Source of the DNA: Callorhinchus milii
Lineage: Eukaryota
Assembly (NCBI RefSeq): GCF_018977255.1
Contig: NW_024704742.1
Location: 113,338,001-113,402,000, forward strand
Length of the DNA: 64,000 nucleotides
Reading direction: 5' to 3'
Shown here: in pieces, positions 52,759 to 64,000 of the stretch
Layout of the letters: every line of letters begins with the position of its first letter
Numbering within the stretch: the first letter of the stretch is position 1
The notes under the pieces: model-generated
The model's database searches: none
What the model saw: the letters and a program-made list of their open reading frames with translations, nothing else
Told to the model about the DNA's origin: nothing
Translations under genes and position numbers: made by a program

Positions 52759-54437
52759 CTACCAAGAATAGAGGGGAACCAAGAAGAAAATGTTAGCAAG
52801 CAACTTGGAGGAATTAATATTAGTAAAGAAATGGTTTTAGGTAAATTATCAGGTCTTAAAACTGATAAATCTCCTGGACCTGATGGCCTACATCCTAGGG
52901 TTTTAAAAGAGGTGGCTACTGAGATAGTGGATGGCTTGTCTTTGATCTTCCAAAATTCTCTGGATTCTGGAACAGTTCCCATTGATTGGAAGATTGCAAA
53001 CGTGAAGGGTGGGAGAGAAAAGATGGGGAACTATAGACCAGTTAGTCTGACTTCAGTGGTAGGGAAAATTCTTGAGTCCTTAATTAAGGATGTCGTTATG
53101 GGATTCCTGGAAGACCATAACAAGATTCGGCAGAGTCAATATGGCTTTACAAAAGGGCAGTCATGCTTAACTAAACTTTTACAGTTTTTTGAAGATGTAT
53201 ATAGCAGGTTAGATAGGGGGGAACCAGTAGATGTAGTACATTTAGATTTTAAAAGGCATTTGACAAAGTGTCACACAAAAGGCTATTGCACAAATTTAAG
53301 GCCCATGGGATTAATGGGAACATATTAGCATGGATTGAAGAGTGGCTAACGGGTAGAAAACGGAGAGTAGGGATAAACGGATCATTCTCGAATTGGCAGG
53401 ATGTGACTAGTGGAGTGCCACAAGGATCAGTGCTTGGGCCTCAGCTATTTACAATTTACATCAATGATTCTAGACGAGGACATTGAATGTAACGTATCTA
53501 AATTCGCGGATGACACTAAACTAGGTGGGAGAGTAAGCTCTGAGGATGATGCAAAAAGATTGCAACGGGATATAGATAGGCTAGGGGAGTGGGCGAGTAG
53601 GTGGCAGATGGAATTTAATGTGGGGAAGTGTGAAGTTATTCACCTAGGTAGAAAAAACAGAAAAACAGATTATTTTCTAGAGGGGGAGAGATTAGATAGT
53701 GTTAGTGTTCAGAGGGATTTGGGTGTCCTTGTACATCAGTCTCAAAAAGTTAGTTTGCAGGTGCAGCAAGCAACTAAGAAGGCGAACGGCATGTTAGCGT
53801 TCATTGCAAAAGGTTTAGAGTACAAGAGTAGGGAAGTCTTGCTGCAACTGTATAGGGCCTTGGTGAGACCGCACCTAGAGTATTGTGTGCAGTTTTGGTC
53901 TCCTTATTTAAAAAAGTACATACTTGCCCTAGAGGGGGTGCAGCGTAGATTCACTCGGTTAGTTCCTGGGATGAGGGGATTGACCTATGAAGATAGGCTG
54001 AATAAACTAGGGCTATATTCTCTAGAGTACAGAAGAATTAGGGGAGATCTTATTGAAACATATAAGATTCTTAAAAGGCTGGATAAAGTAGACACTGAGG
54101 GTCTGTTTCCCCTGGTAGGAGAATCTATAACGAGGGGTCACAGTCTTAAAATTAAGGATCAGCCTTTTAGAACAGAGTTGAGGAAACATTTCTTCACTCA
54201 GAGGGTAGTGAATTTATGGAATTCACTACCCCAGAAGGCTGTAGATGCTCAGTCCTTGAACATCTTCAAGTCTGAGACTGATGGATTTTTAAAAAACAGA
54301 GGGATTAGGGTATATGTGGATAGGGCAGGTAATTAGAGTTAGGTCTAAAGATCAGCCATGATCTTATCGAATGGCGGGGCAGGCTCAAGGGGCCGAATGG
54401 CCTACTCCTGCATCCTAATTCTTATGTTCTTATGTTC
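52759..54437 (+). mobile_element. 5'-truncated CR1 LINE of the same family as 18114-22255 (RT region + 3' UTR)
   Basis: Very similar to ~20570-22255 and contains FADD. Tail (TTCTTATG)n; 11-bp TSD TTATTATCTAC at 52748-52758 and 54438-54448. It has a 15-nt in-frame deletion near 53002 and two frameshifts. Confidence 0.96.
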
Positions 54438-55899
54438 TTATTATCTACTATTATCATAATAAATTATTATCAACATGGTCATCTACAAAATACAAAGTTA
54501 CTGTACTTCAAACTAAATCCTGTGAGTTTTATGACTCATCCTCCCAATGTAAAAGGTGCCTATATCAAATGCAAGGATTATTATTATTTAATTAATATCA
54601 AGTGTATTTACACCAGCTGACTCACCTCTGTCAATATGCCCTCTTCCAGAGATGAATGATCCTGACTGATAAGTCAAGATGCTAAGGTGGGATTTGAAGA
54701 TAGTTAGAGAGGGGATAGATACAGAGAGTTCCAGAGGTTGGGAGCATAATGTGCAAAGAAATCAGAGAGATAGGGAGGTGTCAGGGTGAGAAAGGATTTG
54801 TATGTGAGGGTGAGGATCTTGAGGTCGATCGGTTCAAGTGGAGCCTCGTGAAGATTGAGTTAATGGCCATGTGTAGTTTGGTGAGAATGAGAGACTGAGA
54901 AACTGGCAAAATACATTCAGGAATGAGAGGTGAACACAACTGATTGACAACCACAAGATCCAAATCCATCTGATAGGAGTTAAATGCTTTAACATTTAAT
55001 GCTCTGAAACATTGTTTTAAATTCCAGGACAATCAATTTGAACATTGCTGGCTTGCAAACCCACCCAGAAATGGAATGCATTGCACTAATCATGGATTAT
55101 GCTGAAATTGTTCCATGCACCACGGCTCATTATTCACTATATCCTGACGCAATGAGAAGGGAATCACAAGTTCCTTTTCCTGGGGTAAATGGGCCCAATA
55201 TTAGAGCATAGTGAACAATATTCTGATACTCTCTCCTCTCCTCAAATCCCCTGGCCTTGTGCCTTGGCTCTCTGCCTTCAAAAGCCTCTTAAATATGTGT
55301 CCTTTGTATTTAAGCCATTTCTACCCCAATTCTCAGGAACTCCATCTCAGTGTGCCTCCACCATACCCCCTCTTTCCCCACCTTCAGAACCTCTCTTATG
55401 GCCGATCGTTTCGACTGTGCTTTTATAAGTAAATAATCCTTGCATTTGATATAGCGCTTTTCACATCTTCTAGACGTATCAAGCGCTTTACAGAATATAT
55501 CGTAAAGTGAACTGACTGTATATTTGTGGCGAAATGAAGCAGCCAATTGCACTCAGCAGTGTCCCACAAACAGTCGTGGATTTTGGTCACCTTTAAACCC
55601 CTCCTGCCCCCCAGCTCGGGGTCCAAGTCACCTGTATGAAGCACTTTGAGAAGTCCTTTTGGCATGAAGAGTTCTATCCTTTAACCACATCTTTGGTAAA
55701 TATCCACATACTCAGTGATCCCGTTGTGTTTGTGAAACACTTTGAGCTGCTCTTCCAATGTGAAGATATTTATATTGTATACTATTTATTATAGAAACAA
55801 TGTACACGTAAATATATAGTGGAAAGGTTTCTTACAGTCTGTGTGTGAGATCTGGACCAAGCTGTGGGATGATCAAGCGGAAGATTGCTGCAACTCACT

Positions 55900-57700
55900 T
55901 GGGAAAGACAAACCAGGTCCAATTTAAAACCATGTGAATAATACCTCATTGCTATTTAAGAAAGGATCAATCCGAGTGTAGGAGTGAGAGTGTGATGAGA
56001 TAGTACACTCAGGATACACTCTATGGCCCATTTTTTTTCCAGTTGGTGATGATCCTGTGCTTCAATTAAAAAAAGCTGCATTGAGTTCCTAAAAGTGATT
56101 TCACTGGTTTGTTCATGGCCACATGCACCAGGTCTCTCTTGTTAGAAGGGGATACTGAACAATGCCCAGAAAAGAAGATGTTGATGTTGGACCAGGAGTG
56201 ACATGTATGGCATGTTTCCAGGGTTGAGTCGTTTCAAGCAACATCTGGGGTCAGTCGTTTGTGGATCATGGGAGGGCAGGGGGTCAACTGGTGCCCTGCC
56301 TGAAACAACAATAATAATATCCTTACATTTGGTGCTGTGCCTTTCACGTTAGGAGGCTGCCCCAAATTGCGGCACAGGATATATTGTAAAGTGCAGTCAT
56401 TTTGTGTTTTGTGGATAGCCAATTTGTGAATAGGAATGTTTCACCAACAGCTCTAAAATGAAATGACCAAATTCATTTGGGGGATTCTTGGCCAGGATAC
56501 CGGCAGAAATTCGCTTCTCTTTTTGAATAGTGCTATGGGATCCACCTGAACAGGCAGAAGGGATCTCGGTTTAGCGTCTCATTCAAAAGACGGGACTGAT
56601 CATTTAGAAAAGCAATCGCTAGGGGTCAGCTGCTTACTGACCAGAATTTGGCAAGAGAAGAGATGAGAATGATTTAGTCCCCAGGACATATCAGAGCCGA
56701 GGCTGAACCTCTAGAGTGGATGTTTAGAACAGCACACACAGCTGTTATGTCCATATAAACTTTGCTTGGCGGTAATTAGTGTGAGTGTGATTGACTGACC
56801 AAGTACCTTATTGGATGAGGCTCCAAATATCTGGGTGTAACTGGATGAAACTTGGAAGTGGTGAAAACTCAGAACCCAGTATTTGAATTTAAAGTGACAA
56901 TCCAAACTGCTTATTCTAAACTAGATCTCCTGCGTAGGGACTGGGATGGTGTCCAGAAGCAATAGCAGCAGGAGAATGACAGCCCGCTGCGCAGATACCG
57001 TGATATAGAATGCGTCTGAAGTAAGCCTCTGTTGAAAAATGATGAAAGCCTCACTGAAAATTCTTGAGGAGGCGGATGTGTTTCTTGACTTATTTCTATC
57101 CAGCAGGTCTGACAGTGACATTGATCTCTAGAATTCCAAAGTGGTTGGCTCTTTGAAAACTGTCCCACAAAGATCTCTCTACTGCACAGACAATGGATAT
57201 TTTTCAAAAGATAGAAACTTGGGAGGCTTGGGATGACAGCTGCTAGTGGTAGCTACCTGGAGTGTCTGGTTATAAGCAAGAGCTCTTATATCAGGGATGC
57301 AGTGGTTACCCTGATTGATGGGCAAAGTCTAAAACAACCACTGCTGAAGCTTCCTGCCTCCAACTGTGGATCACAATGTATGACAGGTACGATGACAATG
57401 CACTTGCTCTCATTATGTGCAGCAGTGTTGCTCACCATTGGGAAGAGATGCTGTGACCATTGATATATTGAGCGAGAGTTCAAACTCCTATTTGCCCAAA
57501 TGACCAAATCATAACTATCCTCCTTGAAGAACATATCCCTTCGACAGCAGTGCTCTCAGCTTCCTTTCTCAGGTTTGCCAATTGCAGGCACGGGTGTGGA
57601 GCTCAGAGCAACACAGCACACAGCATTCGATCACATGCTTGTGAATATCTTGGACCATCATATGCTCTCAAATTGTGTTGTTTGACATCACTGGGAAGCT
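55900..57700 (+). mobile_element. Highly decayed non-LTR retrotransposon ORF2 remnant, clade uncertain
   Basis: Ordered remnants LFKKG (~55950), a GVPQG-like stretch (~56210), KYLGV (56825) and a C-terminal CRHGCGAQSNTAHSIRSHAC (~57583). Many stops and frameshifts; interrupted by a SINE. Confidence 0.35.
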
Positions 57701-57804
57701 TCAGACCACTGGCCAGATACCTCGTGTCAAGAGAGCAGCTCTTTAATGCTTTGGGCAAAGTGCTCACCCTGTTGCGAGGGGTGACTGTCAAGTAGAAGTG
57801 GTTG

Positions 57805-58057
57805 AGCCCTTGTCTTCACCTTCAAAACTCTCCATGGTCTTGCTCCCCCCTACCTTTGGGACCTCCTAACCCCCTAACATCCTGCTCACTCCCTCCGCTC
57901 AGCAGGCTCCAGCCTGCTTCACATTCCCCCCTTGCTCAACCCACTATTGGCAGGCGGGCCTTCTTCCACTCTGCCCCCACCTTCTGGAACTCCATCCTGC
58001 AGTCCCTCTGCCTTGCCCCCTCCCTTGCCTCCTTCAAGACCCATCTCAAGACCCTCC
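57805..58057 (+). mobile_element. L2 3' fragment
   Basis: GRRAF.HSAPTFWNS and SLASFKTHLKT motifs. Confidence 0.8.
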
Positions 58058-58143
58058 CATAGATGCTGCCTGACCTGCTGAGTTTTCCCAGTAACTTCTG
58101 TTATTATTTCAGATTTCCAACATCTGCAGTATTTTGCCTTTCA
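58054..58143 (+). mobile_element. Penelope-like terminal-repeat fragment
   Basis: ccatagatgctgcctgacctgctgag...tttcagatttcca.catctg is the reverse complement of ~62704-62782. Confidence 0.7.
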
Positions 58144-60248
58144 CTTTATAGTATATGCTGTGAAGTGCTTTGAAACATATCGATAACATGATGAGACACT
58201 ATAACAAACGGCAAGTGTTATTATTATGGTTTTGGGCTGCTAGGCAGAAATAGAACAATTTCCTATTATCCATTTGCGATGCCCAGGGACAATTAGTGAT
58301 GTGGATTTGTGGTTAGAAAGAGGAAGTGGCTGCGGGGAAGAAAGGCTTCTGCCTACACTGATCTGTTGTTCAGCATCCTGAAGGTAGAATGAGCTTCACA
58401 GCGAACACGTCTCTGTCATGAGGATCTGGTATGTCTAGAAACTATACAGTCACTACATTTTATAGGAATTCCTATGAAGAGCTTTGAGACATCCTCCTGA
58501 CATGAAGGGTGCTATGTTATTATTATCATTTAAGTTAGTTTTAGTGCTAATCAAATTTTGTTCACAATATTGGATTTGGACCTCTGGAACATCAAGGTGC
58601 GTGGCATATTAAAAGTTCAATTTATGGTCAAGTGGATGACAAACTTCCCATCCAGTTTGGACCACGCCACCCTTTAGCGTTTACAAGGTTATCAGAAACT
58701 GAATGGGAAGAATCCCTGCTCCCAGTCTGTTCCTCCAAGTCCTGCTGATGAGCCAAGTTTGCTGGTCTTTTGGTCTTTCAGCAGCAGTGCCTGGAGAACT
58801 GCAGTCCCATCTATCTTAAGAACCAGACTACCGAGCCCATCACAGAGGATAATTTAATTCCGAAATTTAGTTGCCCAATACATCACCTTGGAGCCAGCTT
58901 ACACGTGTCGAACTGTAAGCTGCCCATACGTCTAAAGCAACTGTGAAAAAGATTATCCAAATTTGCTTTTGTACAATTTGATTGGGAAAATACTTGATTT
59001 CTAACACTGTAGTATAAATTCCAATGATATGAGGATTCAGGATCTCTTATACTGTAGTTAACGTCCTTGTAATGTCCATATCTGGCAAAATGCTCAGCTT
59101 CTTGAGCTGTGTTGGCTGTTCTTTGCCTTTAATGACTGCAGTTCAATACGTGAGGACCCCAACACGAGGGAGGACCTCAACACTAGCCAGGATCTCTCTG
59201 TGTTTTATTAAATTGTATATCTTTCTTAACTTGTAAACTAATGTTACCAGGATAGCCCAAATTCATGTTTTAATAAAATATACTTGCATTTCTAAAATAG
59301 AATTTACAAGAGTTGTAAACAGTCTAACGGTTGCAATGCAGCATAGTGACACTCTATTGCACGTGTCCTTATCTATTTATGCTGGCAATTGGCTCAACTC
59401 TAATGCCTGTTCCCAGCCTGGTGGTGCCTATTCTGCTGCATTCAGCTTTGCTGACTGCGGACACACTACCTGGCACACTAAGGTTGTGCGTCAGCATTCT
59501 GGGTTAGAAATGAACGAAAATCAATCTGTGACTGCAGTGCTAGCATTGTCCACTCTAACCTAGTTTGTACATGATCCTCAACACTCCTGCTTCGGGTGAT
59601 GCTTCTGTTTAAAATGGTGAGTGGATTGCCTGAGTTTTCTTTTATGTTTCAATTTCATTTTTGTAAGATTTAGAAAAATCCTGCAGAGGCTTTTCTGCAA
59701 TTTTCTGTACATTGCGTATATTTCTTTTGAGCCTCATTGGCCTGAGTTATCTTAATACTTTTTTTATGCAGAATTGCATTCATGCTCCTGATCTCAGTTC
59801 CTGTGCATCTAAATTGAAATAGACTATAGAACCAATATGTTTGATAGAAATATTGTATTTTTGAACAGTCCATAACAAAGCAAGAAACTGTATTCTATGC
59901 ATTTTGCTACATAAAGGGTGTCAGAATGTTAATGTCACAAAGTCAATGCTCAAATTCTATTTCAAGATTGATGTGACCTGTTTTTTGTTAGTAATGTATG
60001 TTCCTACATTGCTACAAACATGTCTTCTATTACTAGAAATAGATTTTGATATGTAGTAATTATATATCTGTATCTTATTTATGCATTGCCTTAAACTGCT
60101 GTTACGAGTTAGCATAAAGATCAGTCTCTGCGTTTGACTAGTTTGCTTAAGTCAATTTTGCAGCTGTTGTAATCCCCACCCATTTATTAAATTGTACAAA
60201 TTCCTTTTAGTTTTCCCCACAGTAAAGTGAATTCTTGCCATCACAAAG

Positions 60249-60354
60249 ATGACTTCTCTGCTTCTACTTGCTCTGCTGTCGGTCTGCTGGGCTGATTCTC
60301 GTGTAAGTCAGAACTCCACAGAGCCGAAGTTCTTCAGGACAATCTACATTGCAG
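60249..60354 (+). CDS. HAPLN1: First coding exon (signal peptide) of hyaluronan and proteoglycan link protein 1; exon spans 60223-60354, and later exons are outside the window
   Basis: Acceptor ttttccccacAG (AG at 60221-60222), 26 nt of UTR, ATG at 60249. Translation MTSLLLLALLSVCWADSRVSQNSTEPKFFRTIYIA+G, then donor CAG|GTAAGT (phase 1). Closely resembles link protein N-termini as I recall them (human MKSLLLLVLISICWAD...NYT, chicken MTSLLFLVLISVCWA), including the N-glycosylation sequon (NST). Confidence 0.85.
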
Positions 60355-62703
60355 GTAAGTACAGCAGCATCACAGAAAGCATCAGTGGCAGAATCTCTCT
60401 CTGGGCTGCGTAATGCCTGTTGTATTACATTGTACTGATTGCAATATTAATGCAATTCCTATGTAACTTCATACAATTTAAAGCTTCGAAATTTAAGTAC
60501 ACAAAAGAACTGAATTAAACATATTAAGTGAAACATACTCAGCGCCTTGGGACATCCTCTCGACGTGAAAGGTGCTCTACAAATATAATTTGTTGTGCTT
60601 GAAATATTCCTACAGAAAAAGCATGCCTAGGTGCACATTTATAGTTTAATACCACTCGTGTGGACAACTGTTGGACTAGTTGATTATTATTCTATTCTGC
60701 CTTGTACTCAAATCACAGCTGCAAAAGCCTTCTTATTAATTCTACTTATTTTTTTTCAACTAACAACCAATTGCCAAGCAGAATTCTCCTGTCATGTACT
60801 TCAACTTTGCTCTGCTAAAATAACGCAGCATCTCCCTGTGTGCAGCAATCCCTGTTTCTGACAGATGCTGATCTCTCTTGCCACCTCTTACCTTCCATCA
60901 TTTATACATTGGAATTAATGTGCCTCTGCTGGATTCTCTTACTCCTACAGTTACTTTTCTTATCTTCACCCCCCTCCCCCCCACCACACGCATACACACA
61001 CAAACATTCACACTCATCTTATTTGTACTCAGCAGCATCATTTGGGGCCAAAATTGCGCTTTTCCTAAAGGCATGAAATCCTTGAATATGCAAACACGAC
61101 TGCAATTTTAACGTTTAAAACCAAATGTTAAATCCATTCCTCCTCTTTTTACTTACCCCACGAGCAATAATATTGAGATACTAAATTGCTAACAATGTAT
61201 AACTCTTTAAAAATTAAACATTTTCATGATAAAAGGACTCGATGAACCTTGTGTCAATATTTTCATTTGTATTATAAGCACCATATAATCACGCCTCTGT
61301 TTACCGAGCAGTAAGTAGGAACTCACTTGTTAGTCTATTGGCGGATCGCTTTCCGGGGGTAATAACCCTTTCAAAATAATAATAATAATGTGGTCATTCA
61401 AGCCACAACTGTTTGTGGGACACTGCTGTGTGCAATTGGCTGCCACGTTTCGCCCACAAAACGCACAGTCACTACACTTTACAGTATATCAATTTTATGA
61501 TTGCAGTTCCCCTTTAATGGGTGATTTCTGCAGAAACTTAGTACAAAAGCTCTCTATGTCTCAGTACTAATCAAGCTGGTGTCTTTACCCACCAAGCCCT
61601 TGAGGAAGCTGCCTTCTGTTTATATTATATCTTCTCCCCCACTAGGCTGTCAGATGCTGATCCTCACCTCCACCCATATTACATTGTTGGAGAGGTCAGA
61701 CCAGGCAGAATAAAACTTTTTTTGACATAATCCTAATAAAACAAATTAAATGCCTGTAAGTGACTGTCTGCTGTCGCTCAAAAACAACAACAAATTGGAT
61801 CTATATAGAGCCTTACACATTGGGAGGACGTCCCAAGGTCCCAAACCTCCTGCTTTAGGATGGAAAGGTTTAATGTAATTTACAAAACGTCATTTTACAT
61901 ACACAGAGGGACTAAATCATCCAGGCCCATAACCCATTGTCTTTCCATTTTTGGATTAGAGTCTGATTTAAATTGGTTCCATGGTAACCAAACTATCACT
62001 GCAACCTACATCCCACGCTGATCGTTGGCACCAATATATCTCATTTGTCATAATATGTTAGCTACTGCAGTAAAAAAACACAACATGATTACAATGTAAT
62101 CGGGAAGAGAAAGTAAGGAGCTAACCTTGTAAGTGATAACATTAAAATCAAAACCTTGTAAGTGCAATAAAATGTATCTTTTATTTGGAAGATATTAACT
62201 AGGCAACCAGCATGTACACTGGTAAAACAAACATAACCAGAAGTAAGCATTTCTGGTAAATCTGGGATTCTGTTTTCTGCGAATCCAAAGGTCGAGCACT
62301 GAATTTAAGCCCGTACCAAAAAGGATGAGTTCTGTTTGGCTTTGAATGTCACCCATGAAAATTTTCAAACCATTATGTTTTTGTGCATGTCAAACATGAT
62401 TGATTCCTGTGAAGCAGTGTGCTTCTGCAATGATGACGTCTCAACAGCCTCTCAGATGTCAAATCAGTGTCGTCTCAGGAACTGATGCTACTTGATGAAG
62501 TGCCTTGGACGATGATATACATAATGGGCTGATCTGATAGCTCGCAAGTGAACTAACTTGTAATACCCAAGTTATATTATTTAAATTGGGAACCATGATT
62601 GTAGCAGGGTATAAATCTGCCAGTGGATCAACCACTGGCTAACATCTGGAAGGAAGGGGAGGAATACAACAGAACCCAAGTAATTTTAGAAGATACAAAA
62701 GGC

Positions 62704-62943
62704 AAAATACGACAGATGCTGGAAATCTGAAATAAAAAAAAAGTCGCTGGGAACACTCAGCAGGTCAGGCAGCATCTATGGAGAGAGGAAAGTGAATTAA
62801 CATTTGAGATCGATGACCTTTCGTCAGAACTCAAAAGGTCTGTTCTGACGAAGGGTCATTGACCTGAAACGTTAACTCATTTTTCTCTCTCCATAGATAC
62901 GCCTGACCTGCTGTGTGTTCCCAGCGACTTCTGTTTTTATTTT
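62704..62943. mobile_element. Penelope-like element terminal-repeat remnant present as an inverted pair
   Basis: ~100-bp arms (62730-62830 and 62842-62943) around an 11-nt spacer. Sequence gctgggaacactcagcaggtcaggcagcatctatggagag also occurs, in the orientation of the right arm, at 15094-15180 and 58054-58143. Contains a hammerhead core. Confidence 0.75.
62842..62876 (+). ncRNA. Minimal type I hammerhead ribozyme motif
   Basis: GTT-CTGACGA-[AGGGTC-ATT-GACCT]-GAAA-CG-TT-AAC: stem I GTT/AAC, core CUGANGA, stem II, GAAA, palindromic ACGT stem III, predicted GUU cleavage triplet. Confidence 0.7.
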
Positions 62944-64000
62944 TAATCTTAGAATAGTTTAGCAGCAGAATTGATCTTGTGGACATATATTGACTGCACT
63001 ATCTGTTGGCAAGAGATTATTTCTATTCCTCTACATATAACCTGCATGGACACATTGATGTTTTTGAGACTCATCGGAGATTTTCTGTATACATCAATCA
63101 ATTTGGGCATCGGGCAGATTCTGATCTCTCATCATGCACCACTTTATTTTGTGCTCAGTGCCGTATCTGGAGACTGATTAACTGTTTGCTTATGGACCTG
63201 GCTTTCAGAGAGAAACTACCATCAGATCTAGGGAAATATGCCTTATTTTTACTTTGGGACAAGACGGTGGAAAAATGGTATCTTGCCATCCTGTGCTTAC
63301 TTATACAATAATAACAATTCCAGCATTGCAGGAGGCTATCTGATTCATCAAGCAAATCTAAGCAGGTGGTAGTTCCTTCAACAAACCTCTGATTTAAAAA
63401 AATATATATAACCTCCCCTTAATTCTTCCAATCATAAACCTGAGCTCATGTACCCTAATATTCTTATAACTGTGAATAACAATTAATGGTGAATCGGGAA
63501 GATATTGAGAGATAAAATCTATCATTGGCATCTGGAGCAGATCATGTCATGGGTCACTGCAATGTCACAAATCTTTCCCAGTCAATAGATATGAATCTAA
63601 GTTAATACTTTAATAAAATTGTTCCATGGAGGAAGGAACCCTTCAATGATGCGTGGTTCTCTCCTAGGGAATATGAATGCTCTGGAAATTAATGTGCTGC
63701 TCAGGCTAGTTATACAGTAGTTTTTCATTTGCACTGGTTTAAAGCCAATAATTTTAAGGATAATAGTTTTAAGGGGATGTTTGAGAGTGTCCTATTCTAA
63801 TTTGTTTGCTTGAGCTTCCCGAGTGAAAACCTAGCAAGGTGGGTCTACCACCAAGGGATAAGATAGGCTGGCTGCAATTGGAAGGGGAGTTGGTGCAGGT
63901 ATGCAAATTGCTGCAGAACTTGCTTTTTGCTCTGATCACTGGGCTGTAGTTCAAAAAATAATGTTCTGCATCAAGCCAGTACTTGAGATCAGGAAATCAA

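Noticed and set aside
56600..57800. Possible endogenous virus or processed pseudogene
   Set aside because: No viral or cellular protein motif recognised; the few motifs present fit a decayed LINE RT better.
62795..62830. Second hammerhead on the minus strand (left arm)
   Set aside because: The core GAAA is changed to CAAA and the stem III palindrome is lost, so it is predicted inactive.
1..64000. CRISPR arrays, rRNA genes or prokaryotic operons
   Set aside because: None seen; the window is eukaryotic intergenic and intronic DNA, and its repeats are dispersed TEs and microsatellites.

Overview
Repeat-rich vertebrate genomic DNA, most likely from a cartilaginous fish. The tRNA-Ala/L2-tailed SINE, DeuSINE, CR1, L2 and Penelope repertoire suggests a holocephalan (chimaera); this is inferred from recalled repeat consensus sequences, not from a search. 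The only host gene I can support is the 5' part of HAPLN1 (cartilage link protein) on the + strand: a microsatellite-rich promoter and putative non-coding exon 1 near 35.5-35.7 kb, a ~24.5-kb first intron, and the first coding (signal peptide) exon at 60223-60354, which the ORF track misses. The rest of the gene lies beyond the window. Nearly all long ORFs are retrotransposon-derived: a near full-length 4.1-kb CR1 LINE (18114-22255), a 5'-truncated sister copy (52759-54437), and many L2 fragments and SINEs. Less obvious items are a Penelope-derived inverted repeat carrying a minimal hammerhead ribozyme (62730-62943), a non-autonomous Helitron (25644-26265), a CR1 ORF1 esterase lacking its catalytic Ser and Asp, paired SOX9-type motifs in intron 1, several MITE-like palindromes and a very decayed CCHC-type LINE. 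I see no clear evidence of a wholly new multi-gene system. Most repeat boundaries are approximate.
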